A stretch of DNA of 64,000 nt from Eledone cirrhosa (lineage: Eukaryota), in assembly GCA_964016885.1 (NCBI GenBank), contig OZ024743.1, positions 4,216,001 through 4,280,000 of the forward strand, given 5' to 3'. Below are positions 50,613-64,000 of the stretch, one piece after another. The notes beneath the pieces were generated by a model, which worked only from the letters and a program-made list of their open reading frames with translations, made no database searches and had not been told where the DNA came from. The position numbers and the translations under genes are program-made. Within the stretch, counting starts at the first letter, position 1; each line of letters starts with the position of its first letter.

Positions 50613-52344
50613 AAAGTATGTCTAGCGACCAGGTATATCTTCCTTAGTATAATAAAGTGAACAGAGTCTTATTGGCTGATTTATTTATTTGACTGAAGCA
50701 AACCCTACATATATTCCATAAAGTAAATGTCAAAGAGCTATAAAGGATTTCAAAATTCCTGTCTAAATCATTCACAATTTTCAAGTAAGGTTATAGAACT
50801 AAAATGCGATGACAATAAAGCTTATGAAAATGTTGTGTGTTGAAATATAACCAATTTAACAAAGCATGATTCTTCAGCAAAAAATAAAACAAATAGTGCA
50901 TTAATAATCTCACATTCGTGGCAAAGTATCAACGCTATTTTGCCAGTAGCAAAGTCAATTCTACTTGATATTAACGGTGAAAATATCTGTGTCTTAAGTG
51001 TTACAATAAACCACAAATAACATTCTATTAGGCTTAATTTTTGTAACATGATTTACGGCTAAAATGCTACAACAGTCCGTGATGTGAAAATGTCTATGGA
51101 CTTTTAATTTGCGCACAAAATCAGCAAATTTGGAGGACGACTAAAGTTTATTAAGTGAACCCCAGTACTTGACTGGTATCTTATTTACTAGACCCTGGAA
51201 CGCTGAAAGTCTGACCTTGGTGGTATTTGAACTCGGATTTGAAAAGGCCACAATAATCACTATTTGCCATTTTATCTGACGCTCTACAACGTCTGTCTAT
51301 GCACCTTCCTGACATGGAAATTAAAAATGGTTTCTGATTGTACCAAAGGAGGCTTCATATCCCAGTGGCGTTAAGAATTCTGCACGTAAATGAAATTAGA
51401 TGATCCAAATTTGATTCTCATTAAGTGCACTTGTTATTCTCTCCATTCTCAGGTTGCGGAAGAATTAGATTCCAGTGTTGACTATCTATTAAATGAAACT
51501 TTCAACTTTTACACAGATCAGAGTTGCGAAGAGAATCATACAAGGAGATGAATAATTTAATCAACGATGATGAGGAACTACTGGAAATTATTTCCCTTTC
51601 AGCCACAGGACATAAATGCATTTTTAAGCAGTGGAATTAATTAAAATCAATGAAATGAATGCAATTTATATAGGATTTATGGGACCTGTGAGTTAAGAAG
51701 AAAAAAAAGGCATTCACTTTTAGCATATTGTCTGCTTACATGAATGTGGCATCCTCAATATGTGTATCGTGAAAAGAATGTAGACATTGAATCATAATGT
51801 GAAAACATCGAATTATGATAAGAGTTTTCTACCCTTTTATCCGGTAAAATTTAATCAAATTAAATAAGGAAACGCTGTACAAAATCGCTGTCTAAGCATT
51901 TTAGGGTGAACAAGCAAAACTTTCTTGTGCCTAAAAATAATGAAAATATTAAACATTTCTCACCAAGAGCGTTTTTAGCCAGATTCACTTATCTCTTGCA
52001 AGTCTCCCTATAGCATGAACTGGAGAAATGATGCAAATTAATAGCTCCTGGTTGGAATATTATATTTCATGAAAAAATAAAAATTACAATATTGACGGGT
52101 CGGGATTTTGTGGAAATCAAGAACACTCTTTAATGCACCTAGTGAATCTGAATTGTCAAATTACTCAGAATATGAATTGACTGTATACAGCGTGCTACTA
52201 AGCAGTACAATAGCTGAAAGAGTGATTTATAAAGTAACTTCCTTCAAAACTTAACTACGAAACTGGCTTGGGTTGCAACTATTTTCGTCAATTTTAGGAT
52301 ATAATTAGAACTTGAAGACAGAGAGAAGGAAAGCAGGGTATATA

Positions 52345-52626
52345 CTGCCGGCATTTTCAATAATGGGAAAAATAGAAAAAATGGAAGAAATAGAGAACTT
52401 ATATAAAAATTAATGAACAAATATCTTTGAAGATGTGTCGGACACCATAGTAATTGTTAAAGCCAGCCTAACTGAACTATCGACGCCAAGCAGCCAAAGA
52501 GCACTATGGTGTCTGCCCGGCACATTGTCAAAGACATTTTTATAATTCAATGAAATCTTCTAATTTCTCTATTGTTTACACTTTTTTTTTTTTTTCGATT
52601 TTTCACATCGTTTAGAACGCCGGCAG
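52345..52626. mobile_element. Degenerate MITE with TA flanks (Tc1/mariner-type target)
   Basis: TA|ctgccggc ... gccggcag|TA termini. Imperfect inverted arms continue inward to gacaccatagt/actatggtgtc. Confidence 0.7.
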
Positions 52627-52884
52627 TAAATACACTGCTTCCCTTCCTCCTCTTTCTACTAATGACACCAGCAATAATGAAAACCAATGAATAACAACTA
52701 AATGGGAACTGGCATCACTAAGTATATGTAACGCTGTACAGATATACTTTTCGTCATTAAGAAATCCACAAGTCTGATGAGCGATCGTGATCGATACCGA
52801 ACTTTCCTTGAGCTGATCCATCGTGAAACTCGCGCCACGCGTAAATAAACATAATGATACTATATTGATACATCGTTCCTCTAC

Positions 52885-52948
<64 letters not shown>

Positions 52949-52952
52949 AATT

Positions 52953-53100
52953 AGAAATAGAAAGTTTCGCCGTATTTTCTAGAACCGAGGGTTCTAAACC
53001 CCACTATCAGGCTAAAGTTTCTTTAGTAAAAAATACGGCGAAAGCTTCTATTTCTTATTTAAAAAACACGCTCACTGTTTCAAAACATACTCACTTGTCA
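52953..53100. repeat. Mini asymmetric fold-back insertion in (TA)n
   Basis: agaaatagaaagtttcgccgtatttt / aaaatacggcgaaagcttctatttct, with ~45 nt extra on the right. Confidence 0.7.
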
Positions 53101-53331
53101 TATATATATATATATTCTGGTTTTATAATTGTATAAATTGTTACCAATAGAGAGAGAGAGTCAGTTTCTAACAGAGATACAAGTCTGTCTCATTGGAATT
53201 TAAACAACATCAACTAGATAGATATGTATGCATGTATGCATGCATGTATCTGCAAGTATGGATGTGTATGTTTTGAGTTATATGTGTGCATGTGCATATG
53301 TTTTGTATCTGTACATGTGTATGTGCTGTTA

Positions 53332-53760
53332 TTAGATGCACATTTTTTGGAATGTTTTACATATTTTTACTGTTCCATTAATGGATTGTACTTGTAATTT
53401 CCTAACTAATCGTCTTCTTTCTGTTTCTGTGAAGCCTGGCTTCTCAGGATTTGTACTGAGGCAGAAAGTAACACATTCCAGTGTCCCAATAATCACAGGT
53501 ATAAATCTGAAGGTATAGTCAGGGTGGAGTATTTGCAGATTTCTCATTAGTTCTGCATAGATGTTCTCCTGTTCGCTGATATTTAATAGTATATTGGCAT
53601 CTACTGGGCAGGAAACTTCCACTACTGTGCATGCCTTCATTTCCCAGTCCCATATCATTATATCTGGTCTGTTATGTTTGCATTTTGTTGGGTTTTGACT
53701 GGAACATTCCACCAATACTCTTTCATATTATGTGTGTGTATGTCTTCCACATTGCTGTAA
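53332..53760 (-). mobile_element. 3' fragment of an RLE-type (R4/Dong-like) non-LTR retrotransposon
   Basis: EYWWNVP (frameshift) ..HNRPDIMIWD..CTVVEVSCP..Y.EL..FIPVIIGTL is a PD-(D/E)xK restriction-like endonuclease. Lies between (TA)n and (TG)n. Confidence 0.85.
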
Positions 53761-53800
53761 TTTTTAATGTGTATGTATGAATCTATGTGTGGTTGTGTGG

Positions 53801-53911
<111 letters not shown>

Positions 53912-54014
53912 CAATCAGAAGTAAGATAAGTTTATTATGTTTATTCCATTACCCATATCTCACCACTGATCAGGCTCAAACTCTCATCGATTAAGTAATA
54001 TTATGTAACAGTAC

Positions 54015-54200
54015 AGGGCGGTGAATTGCCAGTATCGGTAGAGGGTTGGACGCCATGCTTTCTAGCATAGTTACGTCCCTTTACGGTCTGAGTTCAAATC
54101 CCGCCGAGGTTAACTTTGCCTTTCATCCTTACGGGGTCGATAAAATAAAGTACCAGTAATGCACTGGGTAATTGCTGGCCTTGTGCCTAAAGTAGAAACA
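54015..54200 (+). mobile_element. Full-length SINE family 1 with 15-bp TSD
   Basis: tRNA-like head (ggcggtgaattgccagtatcggtag; B-box gagttcaaatccc). TSD attatgtaacagtac at 54000-54014 and 54201-54215. Confidence 0.92.
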
Positions 54201-54471
54201 ATTATGTAACAGTACGGTCTGACGTTTTTGCTCAATGCCTCTTCAGATGTATTAAAACATCAACTGCTAAAAATACTCTGCCATCTCTTGTTACAATATT
54301 ATTGTAAAACGAGCTATAATGCCACGGATCGACACTAAGAATGTTCGTGATCAAACTAGGGCAGGGTTTACGCCTGTTTTAATTGCAATTCAATAATCTG
54401 ATATATATATCAGATAGGGTGTGGTAAAAACCAGCTAGACCATAACCCACCTGAGTGTTTGATACTTAGGG

Positions 54472-54522
<51 letters not shown>

Positions 54523-54744
54523 CGTGTGCTTTAGGAACGATGAGCGAAATTTGAAATATATGAAATATATGAAAGCTTCATTGAATTTTTTTGACTAACG
54601 GAAAATAGTATAAATAATAGAGCACATAAGAAAAAATGGACATTATCACCTACGGGACTCGAAACCACACCTGTCAGTGTGCTATGTAAACATTACATCA
54701 AGGTGCCCGTTTGACGCATAGTAGTCTGATGACGGAGAGGCGAC

Positions 54745-54925
54745 TGCCACAGTAGAACTGGAAAGATTGGTATAGAAGATTTGGCAAACCTCCTCAACTT
54801 CCTCCTTTCTGTTCAACGCCTTGTTTTTCAAGTTTGTTCATTCCAGCCTGTAAAGCTGCATCAATCTCCTATACTTTTTGAGGCTTTTCCGTTCCTGCGT
54901 AGTCTTCAGGAGCATTTTTTCCTGT
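54745..54925 (-). mobile_element. Degenerate RTE-like LINE fragment (EN-RT linker)
   Basis: LLKTTQERKSLKKYRR...RKEEVEEVCQIFYTNL resembles the RTE linker ending FY.xL. Has an internal stop. Confidence 0.45.
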
Positions 54926-56214
54926 TAAAACATGCCGGCGGAATGACGATATTTGGTTACTTGAGTAAGTTGTATACCCATATGTGTATAATTAAGTGAA
55001 AATGAAGCTTCTTGTCAACCAGACACAAATATGTTAAACTAACTATGAAAATCTCTTGCAAATGCACCACCGAATCCCGACTGTTTATTAGCCCCTGCAT
55101 ATATGAAACAAATTATTATATTACATGTAATTTTCTTGGTGGGGGTATACAATTAAGCTTATTTTAGAATAATTAGAGATTGTGCTTTATTAAATTCAAC
55201 CTGACAGTTTTTAAGATATTCTAAAATATAGCTTGTACGGACTCCAAAGATCTTGTCTTGCTAATACACCAAGGCCTCACTATCTACATTGCTAAATTGA
55301 TTGAGATACTACGCTTTCTATGACACATACCTTTGAAATGAACAACCTGATAAGATTCGATATATTATCTATAAAATATATTTTAAATTTATTTAAGCTA
55401 TAGCATTGTCCATTTGCTTATATTTAGAGTCATGAACCATTTAGACTTCATTTGTAAAGACCAATACTTTCTGTAAGATATATAATAAATTAGCTTGTCT
55501 TGAAAAGGAGTAGATTCTTGTGCGTCTTAAGTTTGTCTAAGTACTTCTTTTGTATATCAAATAAAATACTTCATCTTTGTTTTAGTGGATCTCATACAAG
55601 GTATTTACTAATCTCTTCATAGTGGTGAATTAGTGCTTTTCTTTTATAATGCTGTGTTTTGTCTCTTCCTGTTCTAGTTCGGGTATCTTATACATCTAGC
55701 CAGCATTTTACTTTATTTCTTTTATATGTTAATCTCTCTAAAAGCTTTTCTTTGTTATTTGTATTTTATGTAAAGAATATGGCTTAATCTATCGGCATTA
55801 TGTAGATAAAATAACTTCTATTTTTGCTGTCTAGTTATTATTGAACTAGAAAGTTCCAGTTTTGTTCATTAGGCAAATCTGTTGAAAAAGCTGTCTGTAT
55901 TGTAACTTCAAACAATAATATAACACTCACTGATTGTATTTCCTATTATTAACTATAGCAATACGCTTTCATATAATATAAATTATATAGCCTTGTAACA
56001 GATAAGTAAACAAGTACTAGACTGGCTTTCTTTTCTAGTAAAACATGGTTCCTAAATAGAGCATACAACATACAGAAAATAGCATTACTAGGTACTGCAC
56101 ACATTACGAAGTGTGCTCTCAATAAATTAGAAATAACAAAACCAAAAACATGTCACATATCCACTGAGCTGTGCTCGATAAAATAGGAACAATACTAAAT
56201 AAAAATAATACTTA

Positions 56215-56480
56215 TACTTTTGACACAAGGCCAGCAATTATCCTAGTTTATTTTATCGACCTCATAAGGATGAAAGGCAAAGTTAACCTCGGCGGGATTT
56301 GAACTCAGACCGTAAAGGGGCGTTACTCTATGCTGCAAAATATAGCGTCCGACCCTCTACAGATACTGCCAATCCACCGCCCTTGATAAACCTAATAATA
56401 ATAATAATAATTTCTAATATAGGCACAAGGCCAGTAATTTGGGTGGAGAAGAAAGTCGATTAAATCGACCCCAGTACTAA
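56215..56480 (-). mobile_element. SINE family 1 copy plus an adjacent 3' fragment
   Basis: Reverse complement of the 54015 consensus, with an (AAT)n tail at ~56394-56411. Confidence 0.85.
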
Positions 56481-57140
56481 CTAACGAAATATCTTCTAAA
56501 CATCGTAATATTTTTCAAATCTTCTTTCGTTAAAAGGATTAGTAAACACAATTTTATCTCATGAAAACATCCTTTCTAACAACTCCTGCAATAACCGGTT
56601 AACAGCTTCAGTGTATTTTAACATATTTGTAAAAAAACACCCATAACTCTTTACTTTTCTATGCCTAAAAACTATGTTCGCAGGCGTATGCCTTTGATTT
56701 TGTACCTTAAATCTTGTATATTCTTGATAATTTGTCTTATGATTTTAAACAAATTATTGATATCTTTATTATTATATTTCCTGAAGAGATACGGATTAGA
56801 GTAAAGCACCTACAATGGAGTTACTTAACTGATAATATCTGTTTTTTCTCCACAATTGATGAAATATTGTAGTCGCGTTGATACGACCATAGATGTATAA
56901 ATATATAATAATAATATTTATCTTTGGTCTTATTGAATTTTGAATTATATATATATATATGCCGAACCACTTCACTACTGGATGGACGTCATGACCACCG
57001 GTATATCACAATGATTGCATAACTGCACCAATGATTGCGTAAGTACCTGACGAAGTCCCATGAATAACCATGTAACAGAAATATATAATACAATAAATAA
57101 GTATGGTGATTTAATCCCGTCTTAACTACCATTATTTCAT

Positions 57141-57316
57141 TGGCAGTATCTGTAGAGAGTCGGATGCCATGCTTTCCAGCATAGTTACGTCCCTTTAGGG
57201 GCTGAGTTCAAATCCCGCCGAGGTTTACTTTTTGTCTTTCATCCTTACGGGGTCGATTAAATAAAGTACCAGTAATGCACTGGGTAATTGCTGGCCTTGT
57301 GCCTAAAGTAGAAACA
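57141..57316 (+). mobile_element. SINE family 1 with 10-bp TSD
   Basis: TSD attatttcat at 57131-57140 and 57317-57326. Confidence 0.9.
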
Positions 57317-58435
57317 ATTATTTCATATATATATAAATAGAGAGAGAGGGAGAGAGGGGGAGATACACACTCACACACACACATATATATATATATATAT
57401 ACAGTTTGTTGTTATGTAATGTTTAGTTATTGATGGTTCACCATTTTAAGCACTCAATGCTAATATTTGTTTTCAGCTACCGATGTCGAATTTTATGCTT
57501 GGTATTTCACCACAATCGGTATCTTTAAAAAGCAGGGTTTTACTAATAATATTAATAAGGAGCAGGGACGATGTCTCATTTTAGAAACGTTCATTTGTCG
57601 AATATATTAGTGCGATATAGAAAGTGGCACACCGGATTAAATCCCAAACATTCATATAGTTTCATTATTTAACATTCCAAATGCAAATCGCAACTGCTTC
57701 ATATTTATCAGTCTTTACAAAAAATACGATAATGCACCGGCGTCTACACCATCAACTGCTTCACTGTTATTCAAATGTGAGTCATTGTATCATATTATTT
57801 CCCATATGTTGTTAATACTGATAAGAAAACGTCGAATGCACCACAAATTCCAGTTACCACTTATGTGGTTTAATATGTAAACAACCCAACGATTCATTTC
57901 TGGTTCCTGCTAGTTAAGTTGTAATGCTGGTACTGACTTCTGCCTCGAATAAAGGAGATTGTAGAACATTTAAGACATTTCTCATCTTTTGTCTTACTTT
58001 TCATGTTTCATTGAATCTAAATACATATTGTGTGGTTTTGTCAATTTGTAACCAACGTGTGTGTCATATGGGCAAGATATGCAGTACAATTATAATATTG
58101 AAACTTGTGTTGGTGTACAACACAAAGATCCAATCCTGTTAAACAAAACAGTATAACAGTCATATCATATCAAAGACAGTTGTATTTATATCTCTCATCG
58201 ATCTAGGGCGTGACTCAAATACAATTTCCTTTTCTGTGTTAATGCATTACATTAACCATCAATCTGTAGGAAACAATATTGATTTTTGTCAGTTTTCATT
58301 CCTTCGATTTTGATAACACTTCAAAGTTCAAATATACACTCAGAAGGGCCACTGAGACGAAATAACATTTCACATTAATTATATTCCTTTTCAATATATT
58401 TATCCTCTCTCTAGCTGTCTCTCCCCCAGCCCCAT

Positions 58436-58466
<31 letters not shown>

Positions 58467-58471
58467 CCCCA

Positions 58472-58549
<78 letters not shown>

Positions 58550-59411
58550 AACAAACATATTATTTGCGAATGTCTCTTTACTTCTCTTACTGTTTAACAA
58601 CATATAAATCTATATTTTCTTTGCTTCACACGATAATCATCCGTTTTTTAAAAAGCTACGCCCAGTTTCTCTCCCCCTCCCCCCGCCGCCCCACTATCTT
58701 AACTGTACTGAATTTCACTTCATCCAACATAATTAATCTAATATACATTTCCATCAATTTTTTATTTTATTACAGTTAACCCCTCCTATAATACAGAAAT
58801 ATTTACATGTTCCTACATTGTAGCCAATAGCTAGAGTTATACATCTCACTTTATTAATGACAAGCTTCTACTTTTAATACTGGCGTATGGTTGTATGAAC
58901 GTGTTTCGAGTACTATGGTGACCTCAAAATTATTTGTTAGAAATTACGAGAGAGTTAAAGTAAAAGAAATAGTTTGGAGAGAACATATTTCTTTAAATCA
59001 ATATTGTTTGAGAAAAATCTCCATTGGAAACTGAAATATTAAATTGTAAGCTAGTAATTAATAACGAAATATAGGCACCTACATATATAACGAGTACTCA
59101 TTTATTTAGGGTTTCAAAAGAAAGATATCATAGCACAAACATAGATACACAATTGTTAACTTTATCAGGTAAAGAAAATCTATGCTCAAAAACGTTTACA
59201 GAGTCACCAGATTGCTTGTATGAAGTTTATCAATTACCGCCATCCACCAATGATACATTGTGAAAAGAAATATCTCAAAGTATTTTGACTTACATACCAA
59301 CGACACTGACAATATATATTTAGATAGATTGGGAGTCACTAGTTTCGACTAATGAGACCATTGATCAGCTTAGTACTCAATAATACACATAAACACACAC
59401 GCATATATATA

Positions 59412-59486
<75 letters not shown>

Positions 59487-59493
<7 letters not shown>

Positions 59494-60090
59494 TGTTTTA
59501 AAATAGTGATAATGTCACTTATTTAAATTTTCAGCAAACAGGGGAGATAAACTGACAGAGCTCTGTTTCGGACTTTTTGGTACTTATCAAACTCACTACT
59601 CCTGTTTGCTGAAAAGTATGCGTGTTGGATTCTTATAGAATTCCAGTAATAATCAGGAACTGATTATACAGAGCGGTCGCCGGTCCAGCAAAAATTGCAA
59701 ATTAGAATTGGTGCTCTGAAATAGCGATATATATATGAATGTATATATAGTGTATTTTGCAATACACTGTATGCTTAATTAAAAGTATTTTGAAGACCAT
59801 GCGCTATTGTATTAAAATAGTGACATTGAATAATCAGTTCCTGATTATTACTGGAATTCTATAAGAATCCAACGCAGATAATTTTCAGCAAACAGGAGGA
59901 GTAATTAGCTTTGATAAGTACCAACAAGTACGAAACAGAGCTCTGTCAGTTTGATCTCCCCTGTTTGCTGAACATTTAAATAAGTGATATTGTCACTATT
60001 TTAAAACAATAGTGTATGGTCTTCAAAATGCTATTAATTAAGCATACAGTGTATTGCAAAATACACTATATATACATTCATATATATATA
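59487..60090. mobile_element. Fold-back HHR element with doubly nested inversions
   Basis: ~59491-59667 is inverted to ~59830-60011, and 59728-59828 is inverted to ~59990-60090. (TA)n flanks. Confidence 0.82.
59884..59972 (+). ncRNA. Hammerhead ribozyme, U3-A8 core variant
   Basis: agct-TTGATAA-gtac-caacaa-gtac-GAAA-cagagctctg-TC-agtt, closed by ttcagcaaacagg/cctgtttgctgaa. Confidence 0.78.
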
Positions 60091-60245
60091 TATATATATT
60101 GTTATACTTTGGGAGGGTCATCTTGCCAATAAGAAACACACGCACCAGTTGCTTTCACTTCAATTTATTATATATTTATAAATTTATAAATTTATAAATT
60201 TCTGGTTGGTTGGTGGGTTCCACAACCAGATAGTTGTTTATATAT

Positions 60246-60290
60246 AGTCATAGTTCTTTCGTCACACACTCTGTGACCTCTTCAGTGACT
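60246..60290 (-). ncRNA. Ultra-minimal hammerhead motif (the sense copy at ~62204-62248 has CTGAAGT)
   Basis: agtca-CTGAAGA-ggtcaca-gagtg-tgtgac-GAAA-gaac-TA-tgact. Confidence 0.65.
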
Positions 60291-60945
60291 GGGGATTCCT
60301 TTCTTTGTTTCTGTGCCTCTCCTTTGTTCTGTCCTACGCCATTCCAACAACAACAGACACACAGACACAAACAACAATAACAACAACACACACATCAACA
60401 TCAACAGCAATAACAACATACCCAGAAACAACAACAACAGACACGCAGACACAAACAACAATAACAAAAACACACAACAGCAATAACACACACGGAGACA
60501 ACAACAACACACATCAACAACAGCACGCATCAACAACAACAACACACACGCATTCAATGCCTCTCACCACCACCACAATCTTAACAAACACACAGACACA
60601 GAAAACAAGTAATGACAGTAGCACAGAAATCACAGAAATAAGGGAAAGTAATAGGATTAAAAGGAGAAGGGAGACTAAGGACAAAGAGAATAACCAAGAC
60701 GAACACACAGACACACAAAATAGGGTAGATAACAACAATGAGCCAGTGGAAAGAGACAGGAGTAATTATGAGAGACATAGAAACAACCATGAGGCTCTTG
60801 GTGGAAATAGAAATAGAAACAACACAACTAACAATAACAATAGCACTAGTACACATAAAGCAGCAGCCTGGAACTCTACGTTTTATAATCCCTCCGATAA
60901 ATCATTCGACCTGCGACGAACAGTCAGGAACTAGAGAAAAACACA

Positions 60946-62004
60946 ATGAAAAGCATCCAGCAAATAGCAAACTCCATCCACCAGAGCATTAGAGTTACTA
61001 TAGACTACCCAAGTAAACACCCCAACCATCGATTACCTGTACTAGACACAGAGCTCTGGTTAGATACCATTAACAACAAAAAACAAATCCTCCATTCCCA
61101 TTATGCCAAACCCATGACTTCCAAACATCTGATCCACCGAAACTCGGCCATTTCGGACCATACCAAAATCAACATACTGATTGCGGATTTGGTACGGGTG
61201 ATGAGAAATGTGTCCCGCATGTGCAACCCCGAAGAACTAGAGAGACACATACAACACTTCATCCACCGTATGCAGTTCTCTGGCTACAATCAGAGAGATA
61301 AAATCAGAGTGTATAGAGGAGCCAGAACCAAATGGGAAAAAATGGTAAATAATGACATAAATGGGACCTGCCCCTTGTATAGGAGCAAATTTTGGAATAT
61401 AATAGAAAGAACTAGGAACAAGGCTAATAGAATAAACTCATGGTATGATAGCAATAAATACCAGAGTGTAATGTTCATCAATACAACCCCTAGAGGTGAA
61501 TTAGCTTACAAATTTAGAAGGGACCTAAATAAACATAAACTCAATATTAAGATAGTAGAAAGACCAGGTACCTCCGTAAAAACACTTATTAGCAAGACAT
61601 ACCCTTTTCAAAGACCCTCTTGTATAGATAAGAAATGTATAACCTGTAAAATAAGCCCCCATATTAACTGTAAAACTAGAAATGTAGTGTATAGCATAAG
61701 ATGTACTGAAGGACAATGTACAGACAAAAATATAGTGTACATAGGTGAGACAGCTCGTAGTGTAGGGGAACGGATAAATGAACACTGGCGAGACCTTCAA
61801 GATAATAAAGAATCATCTGTACTCTACCAACATTCTAAGATAGAACACAAGCGTAAATTAGAGAACATAGAAATAAAAATAGAATCTACACACAGAAAAG
61901 ACGCAATGTTTAGACAAATTACAGAGGCAATAAACATAAAAGAATTACAACCAAAATTAAATAGAAAATATGAGTGGAATAGCAACATCACAACTTACAA
62001 TTAA
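60946..62004 (+). CDS. PLE RT C-terminal/thumb + Cys-rich linker + GIY-YIG endonuclease (5'-truncated)
   Basis: LPVLD, HYAKPM, SGY, C..C..C..C linker, VVYSIRC..C..VYIGETARSVGERINEH, H..H, RQITEA.I..LN. Confidence 0.9.
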   Translation: MKSIQQIANSIHQSIRVTIDYPSKHPNHRLPVLDTELWLDTINNKKQILHSHYAKPMTSKHLIHRNSAISDHTKINILIADLVRVMRNVSRMCNPEELERHIQHFIHRMQFSGYNQRDKIRVYRGARTKWEKMVNNDINGTCPLYRSKFWNIIERTRNKANRINSWYDSNKYQSVMFINTTPRGELAYKFRRDLNKHKLNIKIVERPGTSVKTLISKTYPFQRPSCIDKKCITCKISPHINCKTRNVVYSIRCTEGQCTDKNIVYIGETARSVGERINEHWRDLQDNKESSVLYQHSKIEHKRKLENIEIKIESTHRKDAMFRQITEAINIKELQPKLNRKYEWNSNITTYN

Positions 62005-62449
62005 GGACAAAATGAAAACACACACACACATAGAACAAACAACCAACCAGTAACGTGTAAATAAACAAATAAATAAATGAACATAAACACACACAGACAC
62101 CCGGATGTGGCGCATGCTCAGACTGAGCACACAACACACACCCAGAAACAAAATGACGTAGGACAGACAAAGGAGAGGCACAGAAACAAAGAAAGGAATC
62201 CTCAGTCACTGAAGTGGTCACAGAGTGTGTGACGAAAGAACTATGACGATATATAAACAACTATCTGGTTGTGGAACCAACCAACCAGAAATTTATAAAT
62301 TTATAAATATATAAATATATAATAAATTGAAGTGAAAGCAACTGGTGCGTGTGTTTATTATTGGCAACATGACCCTCCCAAAGTATAACAATATCGGTTT
62401 CAACACACGATTTCAGGTAAAGAATCTTGCTAAACAAATTCAGAAACGA

Positions 62450-63369
<920 letters not shown>

Positions 63370-63840
63370 TACATGTGTCTGCATGTATCTGCGTATTTCT
63401 TTATATTGTTTATAACTCCCTATGGTAGAGTACCCATTGAAGTGTAGTGACTGCTGGAAAGCTATCATTACTTATACTTCTCGCCATCCTAGCCATCTCT
63501 TCTACGGCTTTGATATAAATATCCCCGCCGCCTTTGTGGTATTTTTTTCTTGGTTGTAAGAGGCTTAGCTCTGTTTCTTGACCGCTATATCACGTGATGG
63601 CTCCCCCTCCGCCTTTCGGGATTCTATCTAGCGTCCTACGGATGTGTTTTGAAACTCTTAATGAGGTATCCTCTTGATAAGTCGACAAACCTCACAAAAA
63701 TTATTATATCTCTGTGATGTAGAGTTTTTGCATAATATGCCACGAAACTACGTAGTCGAGGACTAATTAAGGAATTTGGGTATGGTATATCTTATTAATT
63801 ATATCTAAAGTTTCTTCTTTCTTTATAATATATATATATA

Positions 63841-63855
63841 TGTGTGTGTGTGTGT

Positions 63856-63942
<87 letters not shown>
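63841..63942. repeat. (TG)n microsatellite
   Basis: Direct reading. Confidence 0.95.
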
Positions 63943-63947
<5 letters not shown>

Positions 63948-64000
63948 CAATAGAATCGCTGTGGGAATTTTATGTGATGATCACGTCAAAGCTGCATCAG

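Noticed and set aside
56775-57095. Two possible decayed HHRs (ctgaaga at ~56781; ctgacga...gaaatatata at ~57047)
   Set aside because: The helices do not pair convincingly.
59290-59345. Candidate globin exon 1 (minus-strand gtaagt donor after ..VSVVGI); also a donor at ~4509
   Set aside because: No A-helix Trp or ..MF.R ending, so no globin similarity.

Overview
AT-rich, microsatellite-dense eukaryotic DNA, most likely from an octopod cephalopod (inferred from the tRNA-derived SINE families). Only one host coding exon is supported: the central exon of a globin gene (2490-2718, minus strand, with canonical B12.2/G7.0 intron phases). I could not find its other exons, so much of the window may be one very large intron. 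The dominant signal is a set of Penelope-like retroelements (PLEs) and hammerhead ribozymes (HHRs) inserted in (TA)n tracts. (1) There are four 5'-truncated RT+GIY-YIG elements, including a 9.5-kb palindrome with ~3.8-kb inverted arms. (2) About a dozen sequence-unrelated fold-back insertions share one asymmetric inverted architecture. (3) Two non-coding ~690-bp single-HHR units have terminal redundancy and look retrozyme-like. (4) More than a dozen minimal or variant HHR motifs occur, mostly with palindromic helix III, including a U3-A8 core variant. (5) One element's non-coding region holds unexplained GC-rich structured motifs. Also present: SINEs with target-site duplications (TSDs), RTE and R4-like LINE fragments, a Helitron-like element and a MITE. 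Most short ORFs in the track are microsatellite artefacts. All coordinates and folds were read by eye, and boundaries next to (TA)n may be off by a few bases.
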